IMG/VR virus record: IMGVR_UViG_3300047160_002226
Span: 32,001-96,000 of that record
Source: a virus
Reading direction: 5' to 3' (one strand)
Length of the DNA: 64,000 nucleotides
Made by a program: the position numbers and the translations under genes. The notes beneath the pieces are model-generated. The model did no database searches. It was not told the DNA's origin and saw only the letters and a list, made by a program, of their open reading frames with translations. Shown here in pieces: positions 1-8,698 of this stretch; within the stretch, counting starts at the first letter, position 1, and every line of letters begins with the position of its first letter.

Positions 1-1
1 T

Positions 2-148
2 CCACTTGGACTAGCTGGGTTCCCTCTCAGAGTCTACGCCAACAACGGGCAAGATTCCAACGGAGTTGTCCTTGGAGTCCTCGTTGCTGCTTACGTGCAA
101 GGCGCAAGCAGCACGAGCGGAAGTCTCACTCTAGGGACATACCGATGA
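2..148 (+). CDS. 3' end of a gene truncated by the window edge (beta-rich, possibly structural)
   Basis: Frame 2 is open from base 2 (PLGLAGFPLRVYANNGQDSNG...LTLGTYR*) and ends in a TGA overlapping the next ATG (ATGA at 145-148). Confidence 0.6.
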   Translation, partial: PLGLAGFPLRVYANNGQDSNGVVLGVLVAAYVQGASSTSGSLTLGTYR

Positions 149-657
149 CCTATCTCTGGGAAGATCGTAAAAGTACATGGGCTCGGATGATAGCGGATGC
201 TTTCTTCCGTGGCCGCGAAGGTGGCGAGCACCTCAAGCCCGCTGACCAGTTCCGTGCTGCCTATCGGTCCTATGCAAAGGAGATGAGCAGGCTCTCTAGT
301 GAGGAACAAAGAGTAATACTCATAATGGCCGAGAAGGAGATCGAGTCAAAAGGCGTCGATATGCTTAGCGGCTATTCTCCAGAGCAGTGGATCGAGGATG
401 AAGAGGAGCAAAAGGCTAACGCTCTTGAAGTCGTCTCTATCTTCAAGGACCTTGTGAAAGGCAAGAAGAACAATGTTCGCAGGCAGTTCGATCTTGCTGT
501 CGCCTATTTTCTAGGACTTACCGACGATATGGACAAAAACAGTCAAGAGTTCAAACGAATCCTCTATTTGCTTGCGCATGACGAAGATGTCCGAGAACTT
601 ATTGCAACCGCAAGACCGTATCTGCTGATTGAAGGCTACAAGGTGGATGATTTCTGA
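145..657 (+). CDS. hypothetical phage protein
   Basis: 170 aa ORF, translationally coupled on both sides, typical codon usage. Confidence 0.75.
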   Translation: MTYLWEDRKSTWARMIADAFFRGREGGEHLKPADQFRAAYRSYAKEMSRLSSEEQRVILIMAEKEIESKGVDMLSGYSPEQWIEDEEEQKANALEVVSIFKDLVKGKKNNVRRQFDLAVAYFLGLTDDMDKNSQEFKRILYLLAHDEDVRELIATARPYLLIEGYKVDDF

Positions 658-1754
658 TGTCTAAGCGAAGTCACAGGAAGAAGAGGCGTAGTCACATGGC
701 GAAGAAGTTGGCAAGCGAGAGTCGAGAACTCGACCTCACGGCCAAGTCGGCTCATGCCTCGACCGTCAAGACGGGACAAAAGATCAAGCTAAAGCCTGGA
801 GCTGGCAAGATCCGTACGCCAGAGGAGCAGGAGCACTGCTTGAGGCACGGGCCAGATGCATTGGAGAGCGTGGAGCCTGAGAAGATGACGGTTGGACAGT
901 TCTTCGATCTTCTGGAGAAGAAGAAAAAGAAGCGCGGCCCGACGAATGTGCTCAACAAGGACCCTGCGACGGATCCGACGATTCGTCAGGTGAACCCAGA
1001 GCTTGTTGATCCAGCTCAGCAAGCAGCGCAGAACGCGGCTGCGGGGCCTCAGACAGCGCCGCAGCAGGGCGCACAGCTCGACCCTACCCAGATCGCTCAG
1101 CAGGCTGCTGTAGGCGGTCCTGCGGCCCTTCCTGACACTGCCCAGCTAGACCCTGAGATGAAGCAGCTTGTAGCGCAAGCCATCGCTGCGCAGCTCACAC
1201 AAGGGCAGGGACCAGCTCCAGTCGGTGCAGGTGGTGAAGCTCCACCTCCACAGGACCAGGAGGGCCAGGGACAGGCTCAGGTAGCGCCACAGCAGGGAGG
1301 GGAACAGCCTCCTCAGCAAGAACCATCCGCTCCAGGTCAACCAGGACAGGATCAAGGTCAGCCTGGGATGGAACAGCCAGGGCAAGAGGGACAGCCACAG
1401 CTTGTGGGGCCAGAGATGGTGGGAGAGCTACCACCAACCATGCCGATCAAGTACGACCAGGCTGGAGCCCCTGACAAGTACACGCTGGACGGACATACGG
1501 TCAGGTGGGACGGACGGGAGTACATCCTTTCCTGGGAACCTGAGAAGTATGTCTACCGTCTAGTGGATCCGATGACGATGATCGTCAGGCTTCGTGTGAA
1601 GCCTGAGCAGATCTCTGTGATTCAGCCAGATAAGAGCTTGGCTTCACTATCGAATGAATCGGTAGCAGATTCGATCCCAGGGCTCGCTCATGGCGATAGT
1701 TTGGCGGATCATCTTCGTCTTCTACTGTGGGACGCACCTATTCTGGTTGCTTGA
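657..1754 (+). CDS. Gln/Pro/Gly-rich hypothetical protein, probable head-internal protein
   Basis: 365 aa; basic N-terminus, long Q/P/G low-complexity centre, small beta domain, C-terminal shared 22-aa motif (see findings). Confidence 0.7.
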   Translation: MSKRSHRKKRRSHMAKKLASESRELDLTAKSAHASTVKTGQKIKLKPGAGKIRTPEEQEHCLRHGPDALESVEPEKMTVGQFFDLLEKKKKKRGPTNVLNKDPATDPTIRQVNPELVDPAQQAAQNAAAGPQTAPQQGAQLDPTQIAQQAAVGGPAALPDTAQLDPEMKQLVAQAIAAQLTQGQGPAPVGAGGEAPPPQDQEGQGQAQVAPQQGGEQPPQQEPSAPGQPGQDQGQPGMEQPGQEGQPQLVGPEMVGELPPTMPIKYDQAGAPDKYTLDGHTVRWDGREYILSWEPEKYVYRLVDPMTMIVRLRVKPEQISVIQPDKSLASLSNESVADSIPGLAHGDSLADHLRLLLWDAPILVA

Positions 1755-1772
1755 GGAACAAACAGCCACGCG

Positions 1773-1832
1773 GTACGGATTCTAGGGTACAATTAGAACA
1801 AGTACTAAGTACTTAGGTACAACAACGGGTAC
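1773..1832. promoter_or_regulatory. GTAC-dense intergenic element with a 12-bp palindrome
   Basis: GTAC at 1773, 1787, 1802, 1809, 1817 and 1829; perfect palindrome CTAAGTACTTAG at 1805-1816. The function is inferred, not shown. Confidence 0.5.
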
Positions 1833-1837
1833 TAGAC

Positions 1838-2470
1838 ATGACAGAACGTAGAGATATACAAGAGTTTCTGCATGTACTAGCTCGTGAGGGCTGGGAACAC
1901 TACGGGCGGAAGGCTGTCGATCCGTACACCCTGCAGGGCACTGAGACTCAGCGCCAAGCTAGGGGCAGAGTTCTTGCCACAGGTAAGGAAGCACTCAAGA
2001 TAGCTTCTCAACGAGCAGCTAAGGGTCAACACGTTGACTATCACGATGTCCTTGGGCTAGCATCTCAGCGTGTATACGGGCACGGGATAGGCTACCATTC
2101 GGATCTCCATGGAGATCCTCACGACCATTTCTCTCATGCTGGGTACGAGCCTCACGCTCTAACTGGAGTAGGTGCTGGTCCTAAGATCCCACGTTCAGCT
2201 ACATCTCTCCTTCCATCTGAGAAAGATGCAGCTATCAAAGGACTAAGTGGACTTGCAGCTAATCTAGCTATGCACGATGAGTTCCATTCGCATGACCTCA
2301 TGGTACAGCTAGGGCACGCGCTCGAACGGTATTCGACTTTCAACCCGAAGCCAGGGCTAGATCCAGAGAAGAGGTTGGAAGACGAGATCGGTCATCTTCC
2401 TACTTCTGTCATGCTGGACTTCTATCACAAGTTCAATGACAAATACGGACATCTACGTCCGCACTTTTGA
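1838..2470 (+). CDS. hypothetical His-rich phage protein
   Basis: 210 aa ORF in operon context. Confidence 0.75.
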   Translation: MTERRDIQEFLHVLAREGWEHYGRKAVDPYTLQGTETQRQARGRVLATGKEALKIASQRAAKGQHVDYHDVLGLASQRVYGHGIGYHSDLHGDPHDHFSHAGYEPHALTGVGAGPKIPRSATSLLPSEKDAAIKGLSGLAANLAMHDEFHSHDLMVQLGHALERYSTFNPKPGLDPEKRLEDEIGHLPTSVMLDFYHKFNDKYGHLRPHF

Positions 2471-2473
2471 ATC

Positions 2474-2941
2474 ATGTCCGTATCTCGTCAAGCCTATTTC
2501 GAGAAGGTGGCTCGAAAGAGGCGCGCAGAACAGAGGATCGTACGACCTCGTAAGAAGCCACCCCCTGATCTGCCTCAGATCCCAGGTCTTCCACCTCGCT
2601 CCACAATAGCTCAGTTCAGTCAACGTTTGCTCTGGCTGAACGAACGAACCCGTACTCGTATCATTAGAGAAGCTGCCGTTCGCCGTCTTAGAATATGGAT
2701 CCTCTATACAAAGATCACTGGAGCAAAGGATACGAAGGCATGGCGCATCGAGCCGTATTCCTATCGAATCAGAAGGATGAAGGCTGGCGGTAGGTACAAG
2801 GTCGGAATTCCGAAGACCTTTTTGTTTGGATACGACCAATTCGGAGAGGGCACGATCAAGATGTTCCTCAAGCAAAACATCCTTGACGTGCTTATGACAC
2901 GATCCACCTACACACCACGATGGCGAGTAGAGATACGCTAA
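2474..2941 (+). CDS. stand-alone WYL-domain protein
   Basis: IWILY...WRIEPYSY...FLFGYD...TIKMFLKQNILDV...YTPRW follows the WYL pattern (I.Y...R.IEPY...YL.A.D...IR.F...RI). Confidence 0.65.
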   Translation: MSVSRQAYFEKVARKRRAEQRIVRPRKKPPPDLPQIPGLPPRSTIAQFSQRLLWLNERTRTRIIREAAVRRLRIWILYTKITGAKDTKAWRIEPYSYRIRRMKAGGRYKVGIPKTFLFGYDQFGEGTIKMFLKQNILDVLMTRSTYTPRWRVEIR

Positions 2942-4116
2942 TGTGTCAAAACAAAGAAGTATGGTTCGTAGACGACCAACCAGACACACCAAGTCTTCTC
3001 GAAGAGCTTTTCAGAGATGAGGGGTACCCTCATTCCTATTACGTTGGGGATGCTACAGCCGCTATTCGTGAACTAGGCAAGGGTCGCCGTCCGTGTATGA
3101 TCGTCGTAGATTGGTACATGCCGCATATGGACGGCCCCGCATTCATCAAGTGGGTCCGTTCTCAGCCTGATGTAGCGCTTGCAGATACTCCTCTTGTTCT
3201 GTTCACGGGGCGAGATGAAGCACATGGCGTTGACGCTGATGTTGTTTTGCGGAAAGGTATGCCATCTGTTGATCGCTTCTTTGATGTTGCTAAGCAACAA
3301 ATCGCTCACCACTATCTAGAACCACCGAAGGGTCAGCGGGCTCTTCCTTTTACTGGCTTTCTCTCTCCTCGTGACTTCCGACGCTGGGAGCATGTCCTTG
3401 TGTCTAGGCCACCTGAGAGGCGCAGAACGCCTCGTGTAGATCCAGAAGATCCCAGACATTGGCCTCAACATCCAGGGCAGATGGATCTCCCATTCAAAGA
3501 TGACCCCAAGCAGATGCACTTTCCAGGTTTCGGAGAGAACATGGATCCTTACGACTACGCAAGAGGACGCTATCTCTTCCTTCTAGAAACAAAGAAAAAG
3601 CCGAAGAAGCCGAAGGTTGGAGTCGGAACGATTGCGTACCATGCTGGTCGTGGTGTCTACCACTCAGCGCAAGCGGCTATCGGCGCTGGCATCTCAGGGG
3701 CCTCTATTGCGTCACTTAATCCAGATACACGTGGGGTATTGCACAAGTTCGCAAGCCGCGTAGCGAACCCAGATGTCAAGGAGCCCGAAGATCCGTCTGC
3801 GTACGGAGCTGAGCACAAGATCCAACATAATACACAGCAGGCTGCGAAGCGCGAGAAGTTCCAGCATGACGTTGAGAAGGTATCAGGCCATCCAGCTATG
3901 GTTCCTGTCCACGTCGCTGCGGCTGGCCTTGGCGCAGAGCACGCACACAAGCACGGCGTTCAGGCTTACGATGCTTTCAAAACAGCCTATCAGGCTGCAA
4001 GGCACCGTTTCGGCAGTGGCCCGCCTCCCGCTGCACCGAAAGCGAAGGTCTCACACCCAACCAAGCCACTCAGCCAGAAGGCCATCTCAGCAGCAGCCAA
4101 GGCAGTTAAGGAGTAA
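2941..4116 (+). CDS. response-regulator receiver (REC) domain fused to a low-complexity/helical region
   Basis: VWFVDD (acidic pocket), IVVDWYMPHMDG (phosphoacceptor Asp), LVLFTG (Thr) and VLRK (Lys). ATG at 2941 overlaps the upstream TAA. Confidence 0.8.
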   Translation: MCQNKEVWFVDDQPDTPSLLEELFRDEGYPHSYYVGDATAAIRELGKGRRPCMIVVDWYMPHMDGPAFIKWVRSQPDVALADTPLVLFTGRDEAHGVDADVVLRKGMPSVDRFFDVAKQQIAHHYLEPPKGQRALPFTGFLSPRDFRRWEHVLVSRPPERRRTPRVDPEDPRHWPQHPGQMDLPFKDDPKQMHFPGFGENMDPYDYARGRYLFLLETKKKPKKPKVGVGTIAYHAGRGVYHSAQAAIGAGISGASIASLNPDTRGVLHKFASRVANPDVKEPEDPSAYGAEHKIQHNTQQAAKREKFQHDVEKVSGHPAMVPVHVAAAGLGAEHAHKHGVQAYDAFKTAYQAARHRFGSGPPPAAPKAKVSHPTKPLSQKAISAAAKAVKE

Positions 4117-4118
4117 CC

Positions 4119-4460
4119 ATGACATTCGCGTCCGATCAGAAAATTGGGCAAGCGCTTTTGACAATCGTAGAGAAGGTCACAGGCAATAACTTTACGCTCA
4201 ATCTCGATCTCAACTTTGATGTACCGCTCGATCAGCTTACCGATTGGGTCGCGATGAATTTCGCTGCAGGTGAAGGCTTTACGAGGCACTTCACAGATCC
4301 AGTCACAGGCGATGACATTGGTAGCTTCACGTGGGACCAATCTGCTCGCCGTATCTACACGTTCTGGAAGAGCGGAGCGGCTGGAGCAATGGATATGGGG
4401 CTCACCTTGTTCGAGAATGGTGTGCATAGCGGCGATACCATCGAACTACATCACAGGTAA
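4119..4460 (+). CDS. hypothetical protein
   Basis: 113 aa ORF, 2-3 nt spacing from both neighbours. Confidence 0.7.
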   Translation: MTFASDQKIGQALLTIVEKVTGNNFTLNLDLNFDVPLDQLTDWVAMNFAAGEGFTRHFTDPVTGDDIGSFTWDQSARRIYTFWKSGAAGAMDMGLTLFENGVHSGDTIELHHR

Positions 4461-4463
4461 ACC

Positions 4464-5057
4464 ATGCCGACGATGACTTTTGACGCGCTGATGGGGATGG
4501 CGCTCAAGTGCTGCACTGACAATCGTGGGTGTCTTAGCCTTGACAAGCTCTTTCCACCAGGAGCATCAGTCCAGGTGAGTGCTACAGCGCCGAAGTTGTC
4601 GGCAAGCGCCTCACTGTCGGCCAAGATCGACCCTTGCATGATCGCTGCTCTTGCCTCGGAGATGGCAGCACAGAGTCTTCCGCCAGCAGATCCAGCGACG
4701 ATGGGCGAGCTTGTGCAGAAGATTCTCGGCGTCAATCTTCCAGCAGGCATAACGGTCCCTTCTGTGATTGATGACATCAAGAAGGCTGGCTCAGTACCTA
4801 TCGTCAACAACCTAGAAGAACAAGCCGCAGCTATCGCTGGTGGGAAGAACGTCGTTGTCCTTCAAACAGGACAGATTCCTGTTCCCCCGAATGGGGTCCA
4901 AATCCCAGATGGCTTCATTCCAGTTCCCATTCCAGCAGGCCACATAGCCGTTCAGCTTGCTGCGAATGAGTTTCCCGTAGATGGAGGCGTTCGTACAGGC
5001 CCCCCTATCGCCGTTACACATGATGCTAACGGCAACCCAACGAGTATTACCTACTAA
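4464..5057 (+). CDS. hypothetical virion protein, paralog of next gene
   Basis: Shares AL.CC.D...CL...K, A..LPP.DP.T, VP.NG...P.G...V.IP.G..AV.L.AN and a terminal T.I.Y with 5060..5578. Confidence 0.7.
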   Translation: MPTMTFDALMGMALKCCTDNRGCLSLDKLFPPGASVQVSATAPKLSASASLSAKIDPCMIAALASEMAAQSLPPADPATMGELVQKILGVNLPAGITVPSVIDDIKKAGSVPIVNNLEEQAAAIAGGKNVVVLQTGQIPVPPNGVQIPDGFIPVPIPAGHIAVQLAANEFPVDGGVRTGPPIAVTHDANGNPTSITY

Positions 5058-5059
5058 CT

Positions 5060-5578
5060 ATGGCTGCTACAAACACCCTTATCGTGAGTCCTCTTCTAAA
5101 TGCGGCTCTGTCCTGCTGCTCTGATATCGTAAACAAGTGCCTCGATGTCAGTAAGCCAGCTCTCAACGCGCAGCTCAATGCGTCACTCGATCTTGGCTCT
5201 GCTAGCGCTGGAGCAAAGACAGATAGCAATTCGTGTTTTCAGTTCACGTTGGATATAGCAGCGTCAGCAAACGCTCTTCCTCCTCTCGATCCAAACACTC
5301 TACAGCAGACAGTTCGTGCGCTTGCTGCTGAGGCTGAACCTACCGTCCCAGCAGGCAAGGTCCAGAAGGTCATGGGGCTCAATGAAGTGGCTGTGCCTGT
5401 AAACGGCATCCCCGTTCCAGAAGGAATGGTTGCCGTCACTATTCCGACTGGCAGTACGGCTGTAGTGCTAGGCGCTAATGATGTTCTGGCATCTCAGGTT
5501 GGTGGCTTCCGAACTGCTGCGCAAGGCTCAACAACGGTAACATCCGTTGGTGGGCAGATTACGCAGATCCAATACTGA
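5060..5578 (+). CDS. hypothetical virion protein, paralog of previous gene
   Basis: Same conserved blocks as 4464..5057. Confidence 0.7.
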   Translation: MAATNTLIVSPLLNAALSCCSDIVNKCLDVSKPALNAQLNASLDLGSASAGAKTDSNSCFQFTLDIAASANALPPLDPNTLQQTVRALAAEAEPTVPAGKVQKVMGLNEVAVPVNGIPVPEGMVAVTIPTGSTAVVLGANDVLASQVGGFRTAAQGSTTVTSVGGQITQIQY

Positions 5579-5589
5579 AAGGGCTGACA

Positions 5590-6321
5590 ATGGATGAATC
5601 GTACGGCGCTCAGACTACAGAAGGCAAGTCGATGAAGGATGCGGTCAAGAACGCTATTGCTGCCCGTATCTCCAAAGGCGACTTCAAGCTTACAGAGTCA
5701 CGTGAACCACAGTGGGGGCCACCTGCTGGGTTCCCAGGTTTTAATCAAGGAACACGTGCGGCACGTGCCCCACAACACGAAACAACGCTATCTGCTGGTG
5801 TTGGCGACTTCATGAAGAGCCAACTAGGCGAACAACCAATATACGCACGTAGACCGATTGAGCAATTGCAGCTCAGATCCTCTATCACTCAGCTCGAAGT
5901 TGCCATTTCCAACGTTCGTCGTCTTTTGGCTATGGCTAATACTAGGCTAGATACAGGAGAAGTATCGAGGCTGCAATCGGCAATAGCAGAACTCTCCGAA
6001 CGTATGATCGCGGGAACGTCGAATACTTTGCGTCCCGCGATTATCCAAGCGGGGATCCTAGAGTCTCGGTTTATAGCTGCGGCTGATCCAGAAACGGGCG
6101 AGGTTCTTTCGCCTGAGAATGATCTTGGCGCACGCTGGCGCCAGTGGATTGGAGAGGCTGGAGATCCAGAGACAGTGGACAACGTTGCAAACCAGCTTAG
6201 TTCTATTCCAGCGAATGTCGTATTCAATAACGTCGTAGCCGCTTGTGGTATGACGCATGATAGAGCCAAGCTCGAAACTCTAAATAAGGCTCATACATTC
6301 ATTCGGAGCTTGTTGACGTGA
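5590..6321 (+). CDS. hypothetical helical protein, possible prohead-core protein
   Basis: 243 aa; KLTE-S and ILE-S resemble T4 gp21-type cleavage sites. Confidence 0.65.
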   Translation: MDESYGAQTTEGKSMKDAVKNAIAARISKGDFKLTESREPQWGPPAGFPGFNQGTRAARAPQHETTLSAGVGDFMKSQLGEQPIYARRPIEQLQLRSSITQLEVAISNVRRLLAMANTRLDTGEVSRLQSAIAELSERMIAGTSNTLRPAIIQAGILESRFIAAADPETGEVLSPENDLGARWRQWIGEAGDPETVDNVANQLSSIPANVVFNNVVAACGMTHDRAKLETLNKAHTFIRSLLT

Positions 6322-6686
6322 AGACGTGTCGCGTCTGCCTCAAGGAGAAATCAGAAAGTTATTTCTCTAAAGGCGGAAGAACAGATAGTGGTAAACAACG
6401 TTATCAAACTATCTGTAGCTCTTGTTTTCAAGAGGCTTATGACGGACCTAGACATAAGCATCTCGACGCGCTAAGGGCTATTTGGAAGAATGTCCCATGT
6501 GCGGATTGTGGTGGATGGTTTCCGCCTGAGTGCATGGATTTTGACCATAGAGACCCATCGACTAAGCGATGCGCTGTGAGTCAGGCTAAGAGTGAGCGGG
6601 CACTTATGCACGAAATGGCGAAGTGCGAAGTCGTTTGTGCGAACTGCCATCGGATTAGGTCAAAGAAACAACTTCAAGAGAAATAA
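6318..6686 (+). CDS. HNH homing endonuclease
   Basis: N-terminal CxxC...CxxC; PCADCG...MDFDH...KCEVVCANCHRIR; more AT-rich than neighbours. Confidence 0.85.
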   Translation: MKTCRVCLKEKSESYFSKGGRTDSGKQRYQTICSSCFQEAYDGPRHKHLDALRAIWKNVPCADCGGWFPPECMDFDHRDPSTKRCAVSQAKSERALMHEMAKCEVVCANCHRIRSKKQLQEK

Positions 6687-6701
6687 TAAGGAGAGATTAA
6701 C

Positions 6702-7022
6702 ATGGGATTGCCTCTTAGCGGTTTTGACTCCTTTGGTCAGGCCCTCCCCACCCATCCAGAAGATAACACAATCTTCCCGCAGGGTAACGCCCTTGGAATC
6801 CTTGGATTCTACGGAGTCCAGATCAAGCGTGGCGTGACCCTCGCGGCCACACTTGCAGCACTCGAAACGCTTGCTCCACCTGTCGGCACGCTTGTCTACG
6901 TGGTCGATGGTCGCAAGACAGACGAGGCTGCTGGTATGGGCACGGGTCTCCATGGATTCGTCGCTTCAAGCGGTCCAACGGTCATCAAGAACCTCGCGAC
7001 AGACCAGGTCATCCTGGCCTAA
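6702..7022 (+). CDS. small virion protein, possible head decoration/fibre
   Basis: Strong RBS (AAGGAG), highly biased codons, YVVDGRK..EAAG.GTG module, followed by a hairpin. Confidence 0.55.
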   Translation: MGLPLSGFDSFGQALPTHPEDNTIFPQGNALGILGFYGVQIKRGVTLAATLAALETLAPPVGTLVYVVDGRKTDEAAGMGTGLHGFVASSGPTVIKNLATDQVILA

Positions 7023-7042
7023 ATCGTTCTTGCTGGAACAAG

Positions 7043-7072
7043 CACCCTGGCACGGGCAACCGCGCCAGGGTG
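7043..7072 (+). terminator. GC-rich hairpin with GCAA tetraloop, probable terminator or stabiliser
   Basis: CACCCTGGC-A-CGG GCAA CCG-C-GCCAGGGTG; weak U tract. Confidence 0.55.
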
Positions 7073-7077
7073 TCTCC

Positions 7078-7422
7078 ATGTACATGAACGAGCCCAAACC
7101 GCTCAACGAAGAGCTTCCGCCTGGCTACTCTACTGACGGTCTTCGTCTTGAAGAAGGCCAACAGCTCTCTTCACTTGAACCTCTGTTCATTGCACCACCT
7201 CCTGACAAGTCAGAAGAAGCGGTGCTGAACCTAGATCAAGCCATAGACAGAGCCGTCTCATCGTTTGAGGAAATCGAGCGTTCGGTTGCCTACTTGAAGA
7301 CGAAGCTGGAGCATCCTGACCAACTTACGGCGCTCAATGAAATGCAAGCTCTCATCGATGAGGCACTTGCTCCGTATCTCGATGAGCTAGCCGAACAGTA
7401 TCGTCGGATAACTGACGCATAG
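7078..7422 (+). CDS. acidic helical hypothetical protein
   Basis: ATG at 7078 is more plausible than the ORF-track start 6853, which overlaps the upstream gene. Confidence 0.65.
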   Translation: MYMNEPKPLNEELPPGYSTDGLRLEEGQQLSSLEPLFIAPPPDKSEEAVLNLDQAIDRAVSSFEEIERSVAYLKTKLEHPDQLTALNEMQALIDEALAPYLDELAEQYRRITDA

Positions 7423-7434
7423 AGAGTGTGAGCC

Positions 7435-7812
7435 ATGTCCGCACCCATCATCAACGTAGGCGTCGATAGCAGAGGTCGCTTGATTTACCAGGAAGAGAAC
7501 CTGGAGCCTATCGTCATCAAGCCTCTTGCCGATCTCTTTCTCCAGAACCTTAGCTCCATCACTTCCTTCCGTTTCACGCTGCCGTCAGGCGCGACTGACC
7601 AGGAAGTCGTTTTTGCTCCTGCTATCACATCAGCACGAGCACTTATCATTTTCACTGCAGCAGACATCACGTTCAAGGTGAACTCGATTGGATCTTCTCC
7701 GATCCCGTGTAATCCATACGCGATCATGCTTGGAGATAATTGCGGTATCACGAACCTGTATCTCACCAATCTTGGAACACCAGTTGACGTTATGGTCTGG
7801 GTTGGAGCCTAA
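7435..7812 (+). CDS. small beta-rich hypothetical protein
   Basis: 125 aa, alternating hydrophobic strands. Confidence 0.7.
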   Translation: MSAPIINVGVDSRGRLIYQEENLEPIVIKPLADLFLQNLSSITSFRFTLPSGATDQEVVFAPAITSARALIIFTAADITFKVNSIGSSPIPCNPYAIMLGDNCGITNLYLTNLGTPVDVMVWVGA

Positions 7813-7814
7813 CG

Positions 7815-8273
7815 ATGGATCATGAGATGACACAACAGGAGTGGAACTCCTACCAGGTCTTCGCTCCAGAGCTTCTTCAACACATCCAGCGTGTGATGCA
7901 CGGCACGCCTGTAGAGGTCGTCGTTGGCGATATGCTCCACGAGGATGAGGAAGAAGAAAAGAAGAAGAAGGGCGAAGAGCACGGTGAAGACGATCCATCT
8001 CATCGTTATCGCTACAAAACCCACCTTGGTCGATTCCTTGGCGGCGAATATCACAGGACTGGACGTATCGCGAAGGTCAAGAAGAACATCCAGCACGACA
8101 TAGGGCACGTTGCTGGACAGAAGTTCGCTAAGACAAGGGAGAGGTGGCGCGAGGTTTCTACGCATCGCAAGCAACTTGCTGCAGCGTTCGTCAAGCACCC
8201 GTTGACACACGTTCTAGCCAAGAAGGTCGGAAAGGCTAGTATCGAGGTCATCAAGGGCCTCAAAGGCAAGTAA
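7815..8273 (+). CDS. basic hypothetical protein, probable internal head protein
   Basis: N-terminal shared 22-aa motif ending MLHE, then a Lys/His/Arg-rich body. Confidence 0.65.
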   Translation: MDHEMTQQEWNSYQVFAPELLQHIQRVMHGTPVEVVVGDMLHEDEEEEKKKKGEEHGEDDPSHRYRYKTHLGRFLGGEYHRTGRIAKVKKNIQHDIGHVAGQKFAKTRERWREVSTHRKQLAAAFVKHPLTHVLAKKVGKASIEVIKGLKGK

Positions 8274-8275
8274 CT

Positions 8276-8683
8276 ATGGGCAAGAACCTCGATGAAGGCT
8301 TCGGAGCGGTCTATGCCCACTACTACGCTAACCAAGATGATTGGGTAGGTGGTCCTGTGTGGCGAGAGAATCCACTTCTTGAGAAACACATTCGTGCGTT
8401 CGCCAAGGGCGGTATCCCGACGCTCACAGCAGTTGGCCTCCTCATGAACCCAGAACAGCCGCTCCAAGAGCAGCAGCTTGATGAGCAAGGTCAACATCAC
8501 TTCGCAGCTATCTACGACAACTACTTCGTTGCTCCCGCGCGCCGTTACCACGGCGTTCAGAATCCGCTCGGAGCCCTTGATGGCGACCATGATCCACTCG
8601 AACCCTCACCAGTGAAGCGAGCTATTGAGACATACCTACGAGGTCGCAGTGCTGGCGAGGTCGTAGGGTCGATGCTTTCGTAA
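8276..8683 (+). CDS. hypothetical protein, probable internal head protein
   Basis: Begins MGKNLDE-G; C-terminal shared 22-aa motif. Confidence 0.65.
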   Translation: MGKNLDEGFGAVYAHYYANQDDWVGGPVWRENPLLEKHIRAFAKGGIPTLTAVGLLMNPEQPLQEQQLDEQGQHHFAAIYDNYFVAPARRYHGVQNPLGALDGDHDPLEPSPVKRAIETYLRGRSAGEVVGSMLS

Positions 8684-8698
8684 GGATGGGCCACTGAT

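Noticed and set aside
5641-5700. Sixth copy of the 22-aa motif (VKNAIAARISKGDF)
   Set aside because: Only the first half fits and the second helix is absent, so it was not counted.
6853-7077. ORF-track upstream extensions (6853, 17323, 24581, 34316, 56514, 61993)
   Set aside because: They overlap upstream genes; downstream starts have an RBS or translational coupling.
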